Below, piece by piece: positions 1-8,165 of a stretch of 39,915 nucleotides of DNA. The notes below the pieces were generated by a model. That model made no database searches. It saw only the letters and a program-made list of their open reading frames with translations, and had not been told where the DNA came from. The stretch comes from Candidatus Nomurabacteria bacterium (lineage in GTDB: Bacteria > Patescibacteriota > Minisyncoccia > Phycocordibacterales > UBA9973). The stretch spans positions 1-39,915 of the forward strand of contig JACPXJ010000004.1 in the NCBI GenBank assembly GCA_016196605.1. Direction: 5' to 3'. Positions within the stretch are counted from its first letter, which is position 1. Each line of letters starts with the position of its first letter. A program made the translations under genes and the position numbers.

Positions 1-133
1 AAACCAAAGACTTGTAACGTCTCATGTTCTTCCCCGGGTAGTCTGACCGAAGCCAACCGAACGCAATGTCCGACGGCAGGATGCCATGAACCACGGGAAA
101 GAAGATGCGACCTACAAAATCTAACATAGAAAG

Positions 134-1488
134 TCTGATAGGTTAGCGAGAAATAGTGTTGATGGAGGACGCATCATTTACGCCGTAGACACTTCTAAAG
201 TTATCTCTTTGCGTTTTCCGACATTTTGGTTTGAACCCACTCCGCAGGGACTATTTATGCTTCAAGTGGCTTTCGGACAATCCAAATACTATTCTGACAA
301 CCTAAAACAAAATGTTGAGCGAGGGTTCCGCCAAAAATTGCGACGAGGTGAATGGCTCACCAGAGCACCCTTTGGCTATGTGAATAATTACAAAACAAGA
401 AATATTGAACCTCATCCAGTTCGTAGTAAAGTGATTGTTCGTGCCTACAAAGAATATGCCAAAGGAACACATTTCGTGCCTACAAAGAATATGCCAAAGG
501 AACACATGGACTAGAATCACTTTCTCAATTTTTGGCAGATCACGGAGTATATCAGAAAAATGGAAAGCCACTTGGCAAAGCTTCCGTAAATTGTATTCTC
601 AATAATCGTGCATATCTCGGATTTACCAAACATTACGGAGAATATTTTCCCGGAAGCTTTTTGCCAATTCTTTCTCCGACTCTGTTTGAAGCAGTGCAGA
701 AAGTTTTGAAAACGAGACAGAAACCGAGAAAATCTAAAATTGCTCATCCGTTTCATTTTCTCGGTTTTGCTCGTTGTGGCGAGTGCGGAGGTATGTTTAC
801 CGCACAGTATTCCACCAACCGCTTTGGCACAAAATATTCATATTATCGTTGCACAAAAAAGTTTGGTGTATGCGGTCAACTATACCTCCAAGAAAATGCA
901 CTCGCCACACAATTAAAAACACTGCTTCAATCAGTGTCGCTTCCTCGTGAAGAAATATTAAAAATGGAAAATAAAATTGACGAATGGGAAAACGAAAATA
1001 TTTCCGCGCGGGGAGGTGTTGTCCAAAATCTCAAAGACAAGATTCGAGGAAATCAAGAGAAGCTGGATAAACTTGTCGCGATATATCTAGATGAAGATAT
1101 TGAACGAGAAATATATTTAGAACGAAAAGATTTACTCATGCGTGAAAAAGCTTCTCTTCTCGAATCCGAAAGAGATTTTGGACAACAGAGAAAGAATTGG
1201 GTCGAACCCTTGCGGAGTTTCGTTTTGTCCTTGAAAGAATGCGCCGATTTGGAAAAAACCGAAAACTATTTGGAATGGAAGCAGTTTTTCCAAAAAATCG
1301 GCTCTAACCCTGAAATCAAGGACAAAACGGTTTCCATACACTGGGGGGAACTTTGGGATTTTGTCGCTTCCGCAAAGGGCGGAAGCGGGCTACCTAGCGC
1401 GAGTTTTGCTTCACAAAACTCGCCCCTTATTTCTAATTTCGCGAATGTTTCTTTGGGTGACTCTACTGGGAATCGCACCCAGATTTGA
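134..1488 (+). pseudogene. Large serine recombinase (resolvase/recombinase/Zn-ribbon/coiled coil), 5'-truncated and frameshifted
   Basis: Frame +2 from 137 reads DRLARNSVDGGRII...APFGY, a serine recombinase motif. An in-frame TAA at 122-124 removes the N-terminal catalytic YxRxS region. A 35-bp tandem duplication (438-472/473-507) shifts the frame into ORF 532-1488, which has the Zn ribbon CGECG...YYRC...C and a coiled coil. Confidence 0.85.
438..507 (+). repeat. Perfect 35-bp tandem duplication TTCGTGCCTACAAAGAATATGCCAAAGGAACACAT x2
   Basis: Copies at 438-472 and 473-507 read directly from the sequence. Confidence 0.97.
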
Positions 1489-1529
1489 AGCTTGAGAAGC
1501 TTCCGTCCTAACTGTTAGACGATAGAGCC
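1458..1529 (-). tRNA. tRNA-Glu (CTC)
   Basis: Acceptor GGCTCTA/TAGAGTC; anticodon arm GAAGC-TT-CTC-AA-GCTTC; T arm CTGGG-TGCGATT-CCCAG; CCA not encoded. Confidence 0.93.
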
Positions 1530-1582
1530 TACTATACCACTCTGAAAAAATATAGCATTTTTGAAGGAAAATCAAAAATATT

Positions 1583-2638
1583 TTATTCTTCAAATTTCGG
1601 CTTTTCTATTTCAAGCAGTGCAAGCTCCGGAGATGCGCCGGATATCTTGAGCACATCCTTGTCTATCTTTTTTAATTCCTTGTTGGAAGCATTGTAATGG
1701 TTTACGACGGTGCCGAGAGCATTGCCTAATTTATTGTGATATTCGTCGTAGGATTTCAGATGCTTGCCCAAATCTTCCACTTTCTTGATTATTTCTTTGG
1801 CGGATTCTTCTATTTTCAAAGCTTTCAGCCCTTGCAAGACTGTCTGCAAATATGCGAGGAATGAAGTGGGGGAAGTGATGATTACTTTGTATTTTCCGGC
1901 TGCGCGCTGGATCAGATTTTCTGCATTTTCCTCTAGTGACCCCACTTTGTTGGTAAGAAGATCATAATAAATTGCTTCATGAGGTATGAACATAAAGGCG
2001 AAATCGGTTGTCCCTTTTGTCGGTTGGATATATTTTGAAGTTTCTACGATTCGGTTTTTAAGATCGTTTACAAAAATTACTTCCAATTTCTTTTTTTCAA
2101 GAACATTCAGCTCCTCAACCATTTTATTGTAATTTTCCAGTGAGAATTTAGAATCGATCGGAATAATTTTGTCTTTGACGAAGACGACAGCGTCTACGAT
2201 TGTTTTATCGGGGAATTCATATTGCATCTGGTAGCTTCCGGGCGGCAAGACATTTTTTAAAACTGTTTCCAAATAATATTCGCCGAGGATCCCGCGCTGT
2301 TTTGGATTCTTAAGAATGTTTTCCAAGCTTTGTAATTGATCAGCGAAAGAAATGACCTGCTTGTTTGTTTCATCCAGCCGAGTGAGACGTTCCGTCACAT
2401 CGCGGATGATTTTATTCGACTCGCTCGAATGGAATTGCAAACTCTCCCGCACCTGTTTATGCGATTCGCCAATCTTGCTATCCACCGTCCGCGAAAGCTC
2501 GTTTATTTGAGTCAATATAAGATTCAATCCCGTGTCGTCTTTTTTCTCATCTTTTTCCTGATTTCTTTTGCCAAAAATAAAATAGGCAAAGACTACTCCG
2601 CCAGCCAAACCTAAGATTATCCAAATAATGTTTTGCAT
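1583..2638 (-). CDS. rmuC: DNA recombination protein RmuC
   Basis: N-terminal TM helix, coiled coil, KQRGILGEYYLE, IPIDSKFSLENY and TTDFAFMFIP motifs. Start set at MQNIIW (2638) rather than the ORF-track start at 2716. Confidence 0.92.
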   Translation of the reverse strand: MQNIIWIILGLAGGVVFAYFIFGKRNQEKDEKKDDTGLNLILTQINELSRTVDSKIGESHKQVRESLQFHSSESNKIIRDVTERLTRLDETNKQVISFADQLQSLENILKNPKQRGILGEYYLETVLKNVLPPGSYQMQYEFPDKTIVDAVVFVKDKIIPIDSKFSLENYNKMVEELNVLEKKKLEVIFVNDLKNRIVETSKYIQPTKGTTDFAFMFIPHEAIYYDLLTNKVGSLEENAENLIQRAAGKYKVIITSPTSFLAYLQTVLQGLKALKIEESAKEIIKKVEDLGKHLKSYDEYHNKLGNALGTVVNHYNASNKELKKIDKDVLKISGASPELALLEIEKPKFEE

Positions 2639-2642
2639 CTTA

Positions 2643-3362
2643 TTATTTTCCCAAATAATGTCTAAGCGTATAAATCCAATCCTCATGTTCCAGAACATCG
2701 CCTTTTTCTTTTTCACCCAGAATCCATTCCAGCCAGCCGCGGTCTATTTTGAGCACTTCTTCGATCGATTTTCCTTTATGTTTGCCGAAGTTCAGTGTTT
2801 TAATAAGCAATGGTTTTGAAGAAATTTCTATCATTCTTTCTATTGCTCCTTTCTCATCCAATTTTTCTTCCTGCATTATTTTATTTTTCAGTCGCTCAAA
2901 AAGTTTTTCCAAGACAAGTACGTCGCCCATAGCGTCATGCGCTTGCGCGTCTATATCAAAATCAAGCAAGTAGCGCAGATATTGCAGATTATACCTGCCT
3001 ATTTTCTCGTCCGGGTCCAAATACCTCGCTAGTTTTAAGGTGCAGATGAATTTTTTTGGCTCGATACCTTCCTTTTTTATCATATGAAGGTCGAAAGGGG
3101 CATTGTGGGCAACAACGACGGAATTGTTATTTTCAAAAAGTTTCTTTATTTTTGCCTGATCCCCGCTATCTTTGAAAGATTTTTTGCTTTCCACCATTTT
3201 GTTGGTTATGTGATGCACGGCGGAAGCTTCCGGTGGGATCTTGATTTCCGGCTTGTAGAGGCCGGTGAATCGCTCAGATCCCGCTATATAGGCAATCTGG
3301 CATAGAAAGTCTTTTTGTTCATTGCCGGTAGTTTCCGTGTCAAAAAAGATAATTTTCTGCAT
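2643..3362 (-). CDS. DEDDh 3'-5' exonuclease (ExoX/DnaQ-like) with C-terminal FGKHKG domain
   Basis: FFDTETTG (ExoI), AHNAPFD (ExoII), AHDAMGD (ExoIII), C-terminal LNFGKHKGK. Confidence 0.9.
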   Translation of the reverse strand: MQKIIFFDTETTGNEQKDFLCQIAYIAGSERFTGLYKPEIKIPPEASAVHHITNKMVESKKSFKDSGDQAKIKKLFENNNSVVVAHNAPFDLHMIKKEGIEPKKFICTLKLARYLDPDEKIGRYNLQYLRYLLDFDIDAQAHDAMGDVLVLEKLFERLKNKIMQEEKLDEKGAIERMIEISSKPLLIKTLNFGKHKGKSIEEVLKIDRGWLEWILGEKEKGDVLEHEDWIYTLRHYLGK

Positions 3363-3384
3363 GTCTACATTTTATCATACTTAC

Positions 3385-3488
3385 GCGCCAGAAGCTTTCC
3401 TCCCGGGGTCGCCATTTTTCTACTGAAAAATCTGGCTCCGTCCTCGGCTCGCCAGCCTGCGGAGACCCCGCTAGGAAACTTCCGGCGC
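3385..3488. other. GC-rich multibranch hairpin element between divergent promoters
   Basis: Outer arms GCGCCAGAAGCTTTCCT/AGGAAACTTCCGGCGC, inner CGGGGTC/GACCCCG, and two internal hairpins. Confidence 0.7.
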
Positions 3489-3513
3489 TCCATTTTTATG
3501 CTATAATTAGCTC

Positions 3514-3966
3514 ATGCTACACGAACAAATAAAAAACGGAATAAAAGAGGCGATGATGGCGAAAGACGCCATGAAGCTTAAGGTATTTCGGGCGATGTCA
3601 GCCGCCTTTACCAATGAACTGGTGGCAAAAAACAAAAAACCGCAGGAAATGCTGGCGGATGAGGAGGCAGTGGTCGTTATCACAAAGCTTGCAAAGCAGA
3701 GAAAAGATTCCATTGATCAATTTAAAAAGGGGAATCGGGAAGATTTGGTAAAAGAGGAACAGGCAGAACTTGCCATATTGGAAAATTATTTGCCGAAAAT
3801 GATGGACAAAAGTGAAGTCGCAAAGATCGCTCAGGCAAAAAAGGCAGAACTCGGGATTACCGACGGCGCAAAGAAGGGAATGCTGATGTCGGCTTTGATG
3901 AAAGATTTGAGGGGCAAGGCGGACGGGGCAGTGGTCAAGGAAGTAGTTGAATCTTTATTTGATTAG
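3514..3966 (+). CDS. yqeY: GatB/YqeY domain protein
   Basis: KEAMMAKD...KQRKDSIDQFKKGNREDL...YLP...GKADG pattern. Confidence 0.92.
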   Translation: MLHEQIKNGIKEAMMAKDAMKLKVFRAMSAAFTNELVAKNKKPQEMLADEEAVVVITKLAKQRKDSIDQFKKGNREDLVKEEQAELAILENYLPKMMDKSEVAKIAQAKKAELGITDGAKKGMLMSALMKDLRGKADGAVVKEVVESLFD

Positions 3967-4872
3967 ATGATGTTCAGTAAAAAAGTTAAATTAGCAACCC
4001 ACGACGGCGCATTTCACGCGGACGAGATTTTCGCAGCTGCTCTTCTTACCGTGTATTTAAAAGAGAAGGGCAAGCGTTTTGAAATTACTCGTACCCGCGA
4101 TGAGGACTATATAAAAACCGCTGATTATGTTTTTGATGTAGGGGGCATTTATAACGCAGAAAAAAATTTGTTTGACCATCATCAGCCGGGAGGCGCTGGC
4201 AGGCGAGAAAATGGCATTGAGTACTCTTCTTTTGGTCTGATTTGGAAAAAGATCGGCACAGAACTTTGTGGGAGCGAAAAAGTAGCCGAGATGATAGATA
4301 AAAAACTAGTTGCGCCTATTGATGCAAATGATAATGGCTTTAATTTAGTCACTAGTAATCATGAAGTTTCGCCATATACGATTCAAGACTTATTTCATTC
4401 CATGAGAGCCACATGGCGTGAAGAGACTTTGACTGATGATGAAGTGTTTTTTAAATGCCTGGAAATCGCGAAAGAAATTTTGGCGCGAGAAATCATTCAG
4501 GCCAAAGACGGCGCTATTGCGGAAGAAAGAGTTATTTCAATTTACAACAATACCGCAGATAAAAGAATTATAGTTTTTGATAAGAATTATGCTTTTCAAT
4601 ATGACGTAGAAAATTTTCCTAAGCCCCTTTTTGCGGTTTACCCAAGCAGATCGATAAAAGATAAATGGACAGCGAAAGCAGTTCGAAAAGATCCGAAAGC
4701 GTTTAGCAATCGAAAAGATTTTCCAAAATCTTGGGCGGGGCTAAGAAATGAAGAATTACAAAAAGTTTCAGGCGTTCAGGATGCTGTTTTTTGTCATAGG
4801 AATTTATTTCTAGCTGTAGCTAAATCGAGAGAAGGGGCTATCAAATTGGCTCAAACTGCGATAGAATCCTAA
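3967..4872 (+). CDS. MYG1 family (DHH) exonuclease/hydrolase
   Basis: THDGAFHADE, RTRD, DVGG, FDHHQ and FCH motifs. Confidence 0.92.
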   Translation: MMFSKKVKLATHDGAFHADEIFAAALLTVYLKEKGKRFEITRTRDEDYIKTADYVFDVGGIYNAEKNLFDHHQPGGAGRRENGIEYSSFGLIWKKIGTELCGSEKVAEMIDKKLVAPIDANDNGFNLVTSNHEVSPYTIQDLFHSMRATWREETLTDDEVFFKCLEIAKEILAREIIQAKDGAIAEERVISIYNNTADKRIIVFDKNYAFQYDVENFPKPLFAVYPSRSIKDKWTAKAVRKDPKAFSNRKDFPKSWAGLRNEELQKVSGVQDAVFCHRNLFLAVAKSREGAIKLAQTAIES

Positions 4873-4876
4873 ATAC

Positions 4877-5872
4877 ATGGCTTTTATCGATGAAATAACA
4901 ATACATGCGGAAGCGGGCCGCGGCGGTGCTGGCGTGGCGCGCTGGCACCGGCAGAAATTCGAGCCGAAGGGCGGACCGGCGGGAGGCGATGCTGGTCGTG
5001 GCGGTAACTTTTATATCAGAGCTGTACGGGACATAGGCATTCTGGCAAAATACAAAGCAAAGAAAATATTCATGGCGAGCCGTGGTGAAGATGGCGGGAG
5101 TCAGAGCCTTCATGGAAAAAATGGCGAAGACTTTATTTTAGATCTACCGATCGGCTCTGTTATTACCAATTTAGAGACTGATGAAAAATGGCAGTTTTTA
5201 AAAGAGGGAGAAAAAATAATGTTGCTCCGGGGCGGCTTCGGCGGCTTCGGCAATGAGCACTTCAAAAGCTCCGTAAATACGACCCCGTATGAGTCTAATT
5301 TGGGAGGTGAAGGCGAGAAGGGGAATTTCAAAATAGAGCTGGAGCTTTTTGCGGACCTCGGACTTATCGGCCTTCCAAATGCCGGGAAATCCTCTCTTCT
5401 AAATGCTTTGACCAATGCCGAGGCAAAGGTGGGAGATTATCCTTTTACCACGCTCGATCCGAATCTGGGGGATTTCTACGGCTATATTATCGCCGACATT
5501 CCGGGACTCATAGAAGGAGCATCAGTTGGCAGAGGCCTCGGGACAAAATTTCTGCGCCACATAAAGCGCACGAAGATGCTGGCTCATCTGGTTTCTTTTG
5601 AGAATTCCAATATGCTGAAAAGTTATAAAGAGATCCGCAAGGAGCTGGCGAAATATGACAAAAATTTAGACGAAAGTGAAGATGGCCTTTCGTCCAAGCA
5701 AGAAATAATAATTCTTACGAAAAGCGACGTGATAGATGACGAGAATTTTATCGATAAAAAGGTAAAAGAATTCAAAAAAATCAGCAAGAATGTTTTTGCC
5801 ATATCATTGTTTGATGATAAAATGATAAAGAAGTTTGCCGACGCCTTGATGAAAATTTTAAAGAAAAAATAA
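4877..5872 (+). CDS. obgE: GTPase Obg/CgtA
   Basis: Gly-rich Obg fold, GLPNAGKS, DYPFTT, DIPG, TKSD. Confidence 0.97.
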   Translation: MAFIDEITIHAEAGRGGAGVARWHRQKFEPKGGPAGGDAGRGGNFYIRAVRDIGILAKYKAKKIFMASRGEDGGSQSLHGKNGEDFILDLPIGSVITNLETDEKWQFLKEGEKIMLLRGGFGGFGNEHFKSSVNTTPYESNLGGEGEKGNFKIELELFADLGLIGLPNAGKSSLLNALTNAEAKVGDYPFTTLDPNLGDFYGYIIADIPGLIEGASVGRGLGTKFLRHIKRTKMLAHLVSFENSNMLKSYKEIRKELAKYDKNLDESEDGLSSKQEIIILTKSDVIDDENFIDKKVKEFKKISKNVFAISLFDDKMIKKFADALMKILKKK

Positions 5873-5958
5873 ATTTATGGAGAAAAAATTTAAACAACAA
5901 CAAGATAAAGAAAATAAAAAATTTGCTCTAGTAATAGATTTAATTCCAAATGTTTTTT

Positions 5959-5997
5959 AATCTACCAATTTAAACATATGTTCAAGATAGTAGATTA
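5959..5997. repeat. 39-bp palindromic direct repeat, left copy (AATCTACCAATTTAAACATATGTTCAAGATAGTAGATTA)
   Basis: 38/39 identical to 6607-6645; outer AATCTAC/GTAGATT arms around a central TT(A)AACAT|ATGTTCAA dyad. Confidence 0.95.
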
Positions 5998-6027
5998 TAG
6001 AGATTCATAGTATAGTGGATAAATATT

Positions 6028-6597
6028 ATGCGAGGAGAGATAATTTACAAAATTTTGGATTTTATTAGTGACCAGATTATTGACCAATTTGATTTTGCGG
6101 ATGCTTTTCTTTCAGCCGGTTATGGAGCTAGTAGATCAAAAATGCAATATGAATTTTCAAAAATACAAGACAAAAGAACAATTTCGAAATTAAAAAAACA
6201 AAAAATTGATAATTTGAGAAAATATTTGTCGAAATTAAAAAAAGCTGGTTTAGTTGGAGAGGACGAATCAAAAAAAATCTATTTAAGTAAAAAGGGAAAG
6301 GGCAGGTTAATCTATCTTCAGAAGTCTTTTCTTTCAAATAAAAATCTTTATAAGAAAAGATTAGCGGACAGGGTTACTGTCATAAGTTATGATATACCTA
6401 TCGCTTTTAATAGGGAAAGAAATATTTTAAGAGATATGTTAAAGATGCTTGGCTTTAATTTAATTCATAAGAGTGTGTGGATTGGGAGAGTATTATTACC
6501 TAAAAGATTTATTAGTGATTTAAGCAATTTAGGAATTACTGATTATGTAGAAATTTTAGAGGTTACAAAAAATGGAACTTTAAAAGAAATAAATTAA
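6028..6597 (+). CDS. PaaX-like winged-helix protein with C-terminal Cas2/VapD-like domain
   Basis: wHTH-like LRKYLSKLKKAGLV...IYLSKKGK, then Cas2-like VISYDIP...ERNILRDMLKMLGFNLIHKSVW. Visibly AT-rich. No cas1 or array in the window. Confidence 0.82.
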   Translation: MRGEIIYKILDFISDQIIDQFDFADAFLSAGYGASRSKMQYEFSKIQDKRTISKLKKQKIDNLRKYLSKLKKAGLVGEDESKKIYLSKKGKGRLIYLQKSFLSNKNLYKKRLADRVTVISYDIPIAFNRERNILRDMLKMLGFNLIHKSVWIGRVLLPKRFISDLSNLGITDYVEILEVTKNGTLKEIN

Positions 6598-6606
6598 TTT
6601 ATAAAA

Positions 6607-6645
6607 AATCTACCAATTTGAACATATGTTCAAGATAGTAGATTA
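6607..6645. repeat. 39-bp palindromic direct repeat, right copy (AATCTACCAATTTGAACATATGTTCAAGATAGTAGATTA)
   Basis: Perfect 16-bp palindrome TTGAACATATGTTCAA inside AATCTAC...GTAGATT. Confidence 0.95.
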
Positions 6646-6718
6646 CAGTTTTAATTATATTCACTTATAGTTTTTATTCTAATTTATTATTTTTTGCCAA
6701 TATGCTATTATTTTAATA

Positions 6719-8161
6719 ATGCAAAAGAATTATTATCCAACAATAGGCCTCGAAATACATGCGGAATTAAAAACACAGACAAAAATGTTCTGCGCCTGCA
6801 AAAATGATCCTGATGAAGAAAAACCTAATGTAAATATTTGCCCGGTTTGCATGGCGCATCCGGGGGCGCTGCCAGTCATCAATAAGAAGGCGGTAGAAAA
6901 TGTAATAAAAGTCGGCCTTGCTGTCGACGGGAAAATTGCAGACTTCACCGAGTTTGACCGCAAGAACTATTTTTACCCCGACATTCCAAAAGGGTATCAG
7001 ATTTCACAATACAAGTTTCCGATAGTTTTTGGCGGACATCTGGCAGATTTTGATATTACCCGGGTGCATTTAGAGGAAGACACTGCGAACAACAAGCATG
7101 ACCGTGGGGATTTCTCTCTCATAGATTTCAACCGCGCAGGCGTGCCCTTGATGGAGCTTGTTACCGAGCCGCATACTTTTGATGGCGCGGACGAAGCCGG
7201 GAAAGGCGCTACCAAGTTTGCCAAAGAACTGCAGCTCATACTTTGGTATTTGGGTGTATCGGAAGCGAATATGGAAAAAGGCGAGATGCGTGTCGAGGCC
7301 AATATTTCTGTTTCGACAGATAAAAAAGTCCTTGGCACGAAGGTGGAGGTAAAAAATTTAAACTCATTCCGAAGCGTGGAGCGGGCGATAAAATACGAGA
7401 TTGATCGGATGACTGAACTTTTAGAGAAAGGAAAAGGAGCAGAAATAGCGCAGGAAACCCGAGGATGGGATGAATCAAAGCAGAAAACTTTTTCACAAAG
7501 AAAAAAAGAGGGGAGCGCAGATTACAGATATTTCCCGGATCCAGATTTGCCAAAATTGAAGCTGTATGAAGCATTTGATCTAAAAAAGATGAAAAAAGAA
7601 CTGCCAGAATTGCCGGAGGACAAACGATTGAGATATAAGAAGGATTATGGAATTAAAGATGAAGACACTGAGGTTTATATAAATAATCCAGTTTTAGGCA
7701 CATGGTTTGAATTAGTTATAAAAGAGTTGAAAGAAAAAAAAGAATTAATACAACTTGCTTCAAATTATATAAAAAATGATATAGCGGGATTAGTGAATAC
7801 GGTTTTAGTAGAAGGTACGACTAAATATCCAAATCCAAAAAACTTTGCGAAATTAGTGAATATGAATTTTAATAAAGAAATTAATTCTGCAGTCGCTAAA
7901 AAATTATTAGGAAATCTTGTAACTTTTGATGAAAATGTAGAAAATTTAGCAAAAGAAGAAGGATTATTGCAAATAAGTGATGAAAAAATCTTGAAACAAA
8001 TCGCAGAGAGGATTATCGATGCCAATCTGAAAGTCGTGGCGGATTACAAAGGCGGTAAGGAACAGGCACTCATGTCTTTGGTGGGGCAAATAATGAAAGA
8101 AACTAAAGGGTCCGCCAATCCCGCAGTTACTAAGCAAATTTTAATCGATCTGCTAAAATAA
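6719..8161 (+). CDS. gatB: Asp-tRNA(Asn)/Glu-tRNA(Gln) amidotransferase subunit B
   Basis: IGLEIHAEL, FDRKNYFYPD, HLEED, RAGVPLMELVT, DYRYFPDPDL. Confidence 0.98.
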   Translation: MQKNYYPTIGLEIHAELKTQTKMFCACKNDPDEEKPNVNICPVCMAHPGALPVINKKAVENVIKVGLAVDGKIADFTEFDRKNYFYPDIPKGYQISQYKFPIVFGGHLADFDITRVHLEEDTANNKHDRGDFSLIDFNRAGVPLMELVTEPHTFDGADEAGKGATKFAKELQLILWYLGVSEANMEKGEMRVEANISVSTDKKVLGTKVEVKNLNSFRSVERAIKYEIDRMTELLEKGKGAEIAQETRGWDESKQKTFSQRKKEGSADYRYFPDPDLPKLKLYEAFDLKKMKKELPELPEDKRLRYKKDYGIKDEDTEVYINNPVLGTWFELVIKELKEKKELIQLASNYIKNDIAGLVNTVLVEGTTKYPNPKNFAKLVNMNFNKEINSAVAKKLLGNLVTFDENVENLAKEEGLLQISDEKILKQIAERIIDANLKVVADYKGGKEQALMSLVGQIMKETKGSANPAVTKQILIDLLK

Positions 8162-8165
8162 TAGT

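Noticed and set aside
9..121. tRNA, 6S RNA or group II intron end
   Set aside because: No anticodon or T-loop geometry, too short and too branched for 6S, and no domain V motif. Kept as an unknown structure.
3385..3488. SRP (4.5S) RNA
   Set aside because: The size is similar, but the conserved helix-8 CAGG...GRAA...AGCAG signature is not present on either strand.
5959..5997. Xer dif-like site (ATATGTTCAA resembles the XerD arm)
   Set aside because: The dyad has no 6-bp central spacer and there is no XerC-like arm.
5959..6645. CRISPR array or CRISPR-Cas locus (Cas2-like gene, 39-bp repeats with a TCTAC/GTAGA stem reminiscent of Cas12a repeats)
   Set aside because: There are only two repeats, separated by 609 bp containing a gene, with no spacer-sized units and no cas1 or effector. 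The 5-bp stem similarity could be chance.
7560..7990. AT-rich patch within gatB suggesting mosaic origin
   Set aside because: It corresponds to the variable Lys/Asn/Glu-rich helical region, so amino-acid composition can explain it; not quantified.
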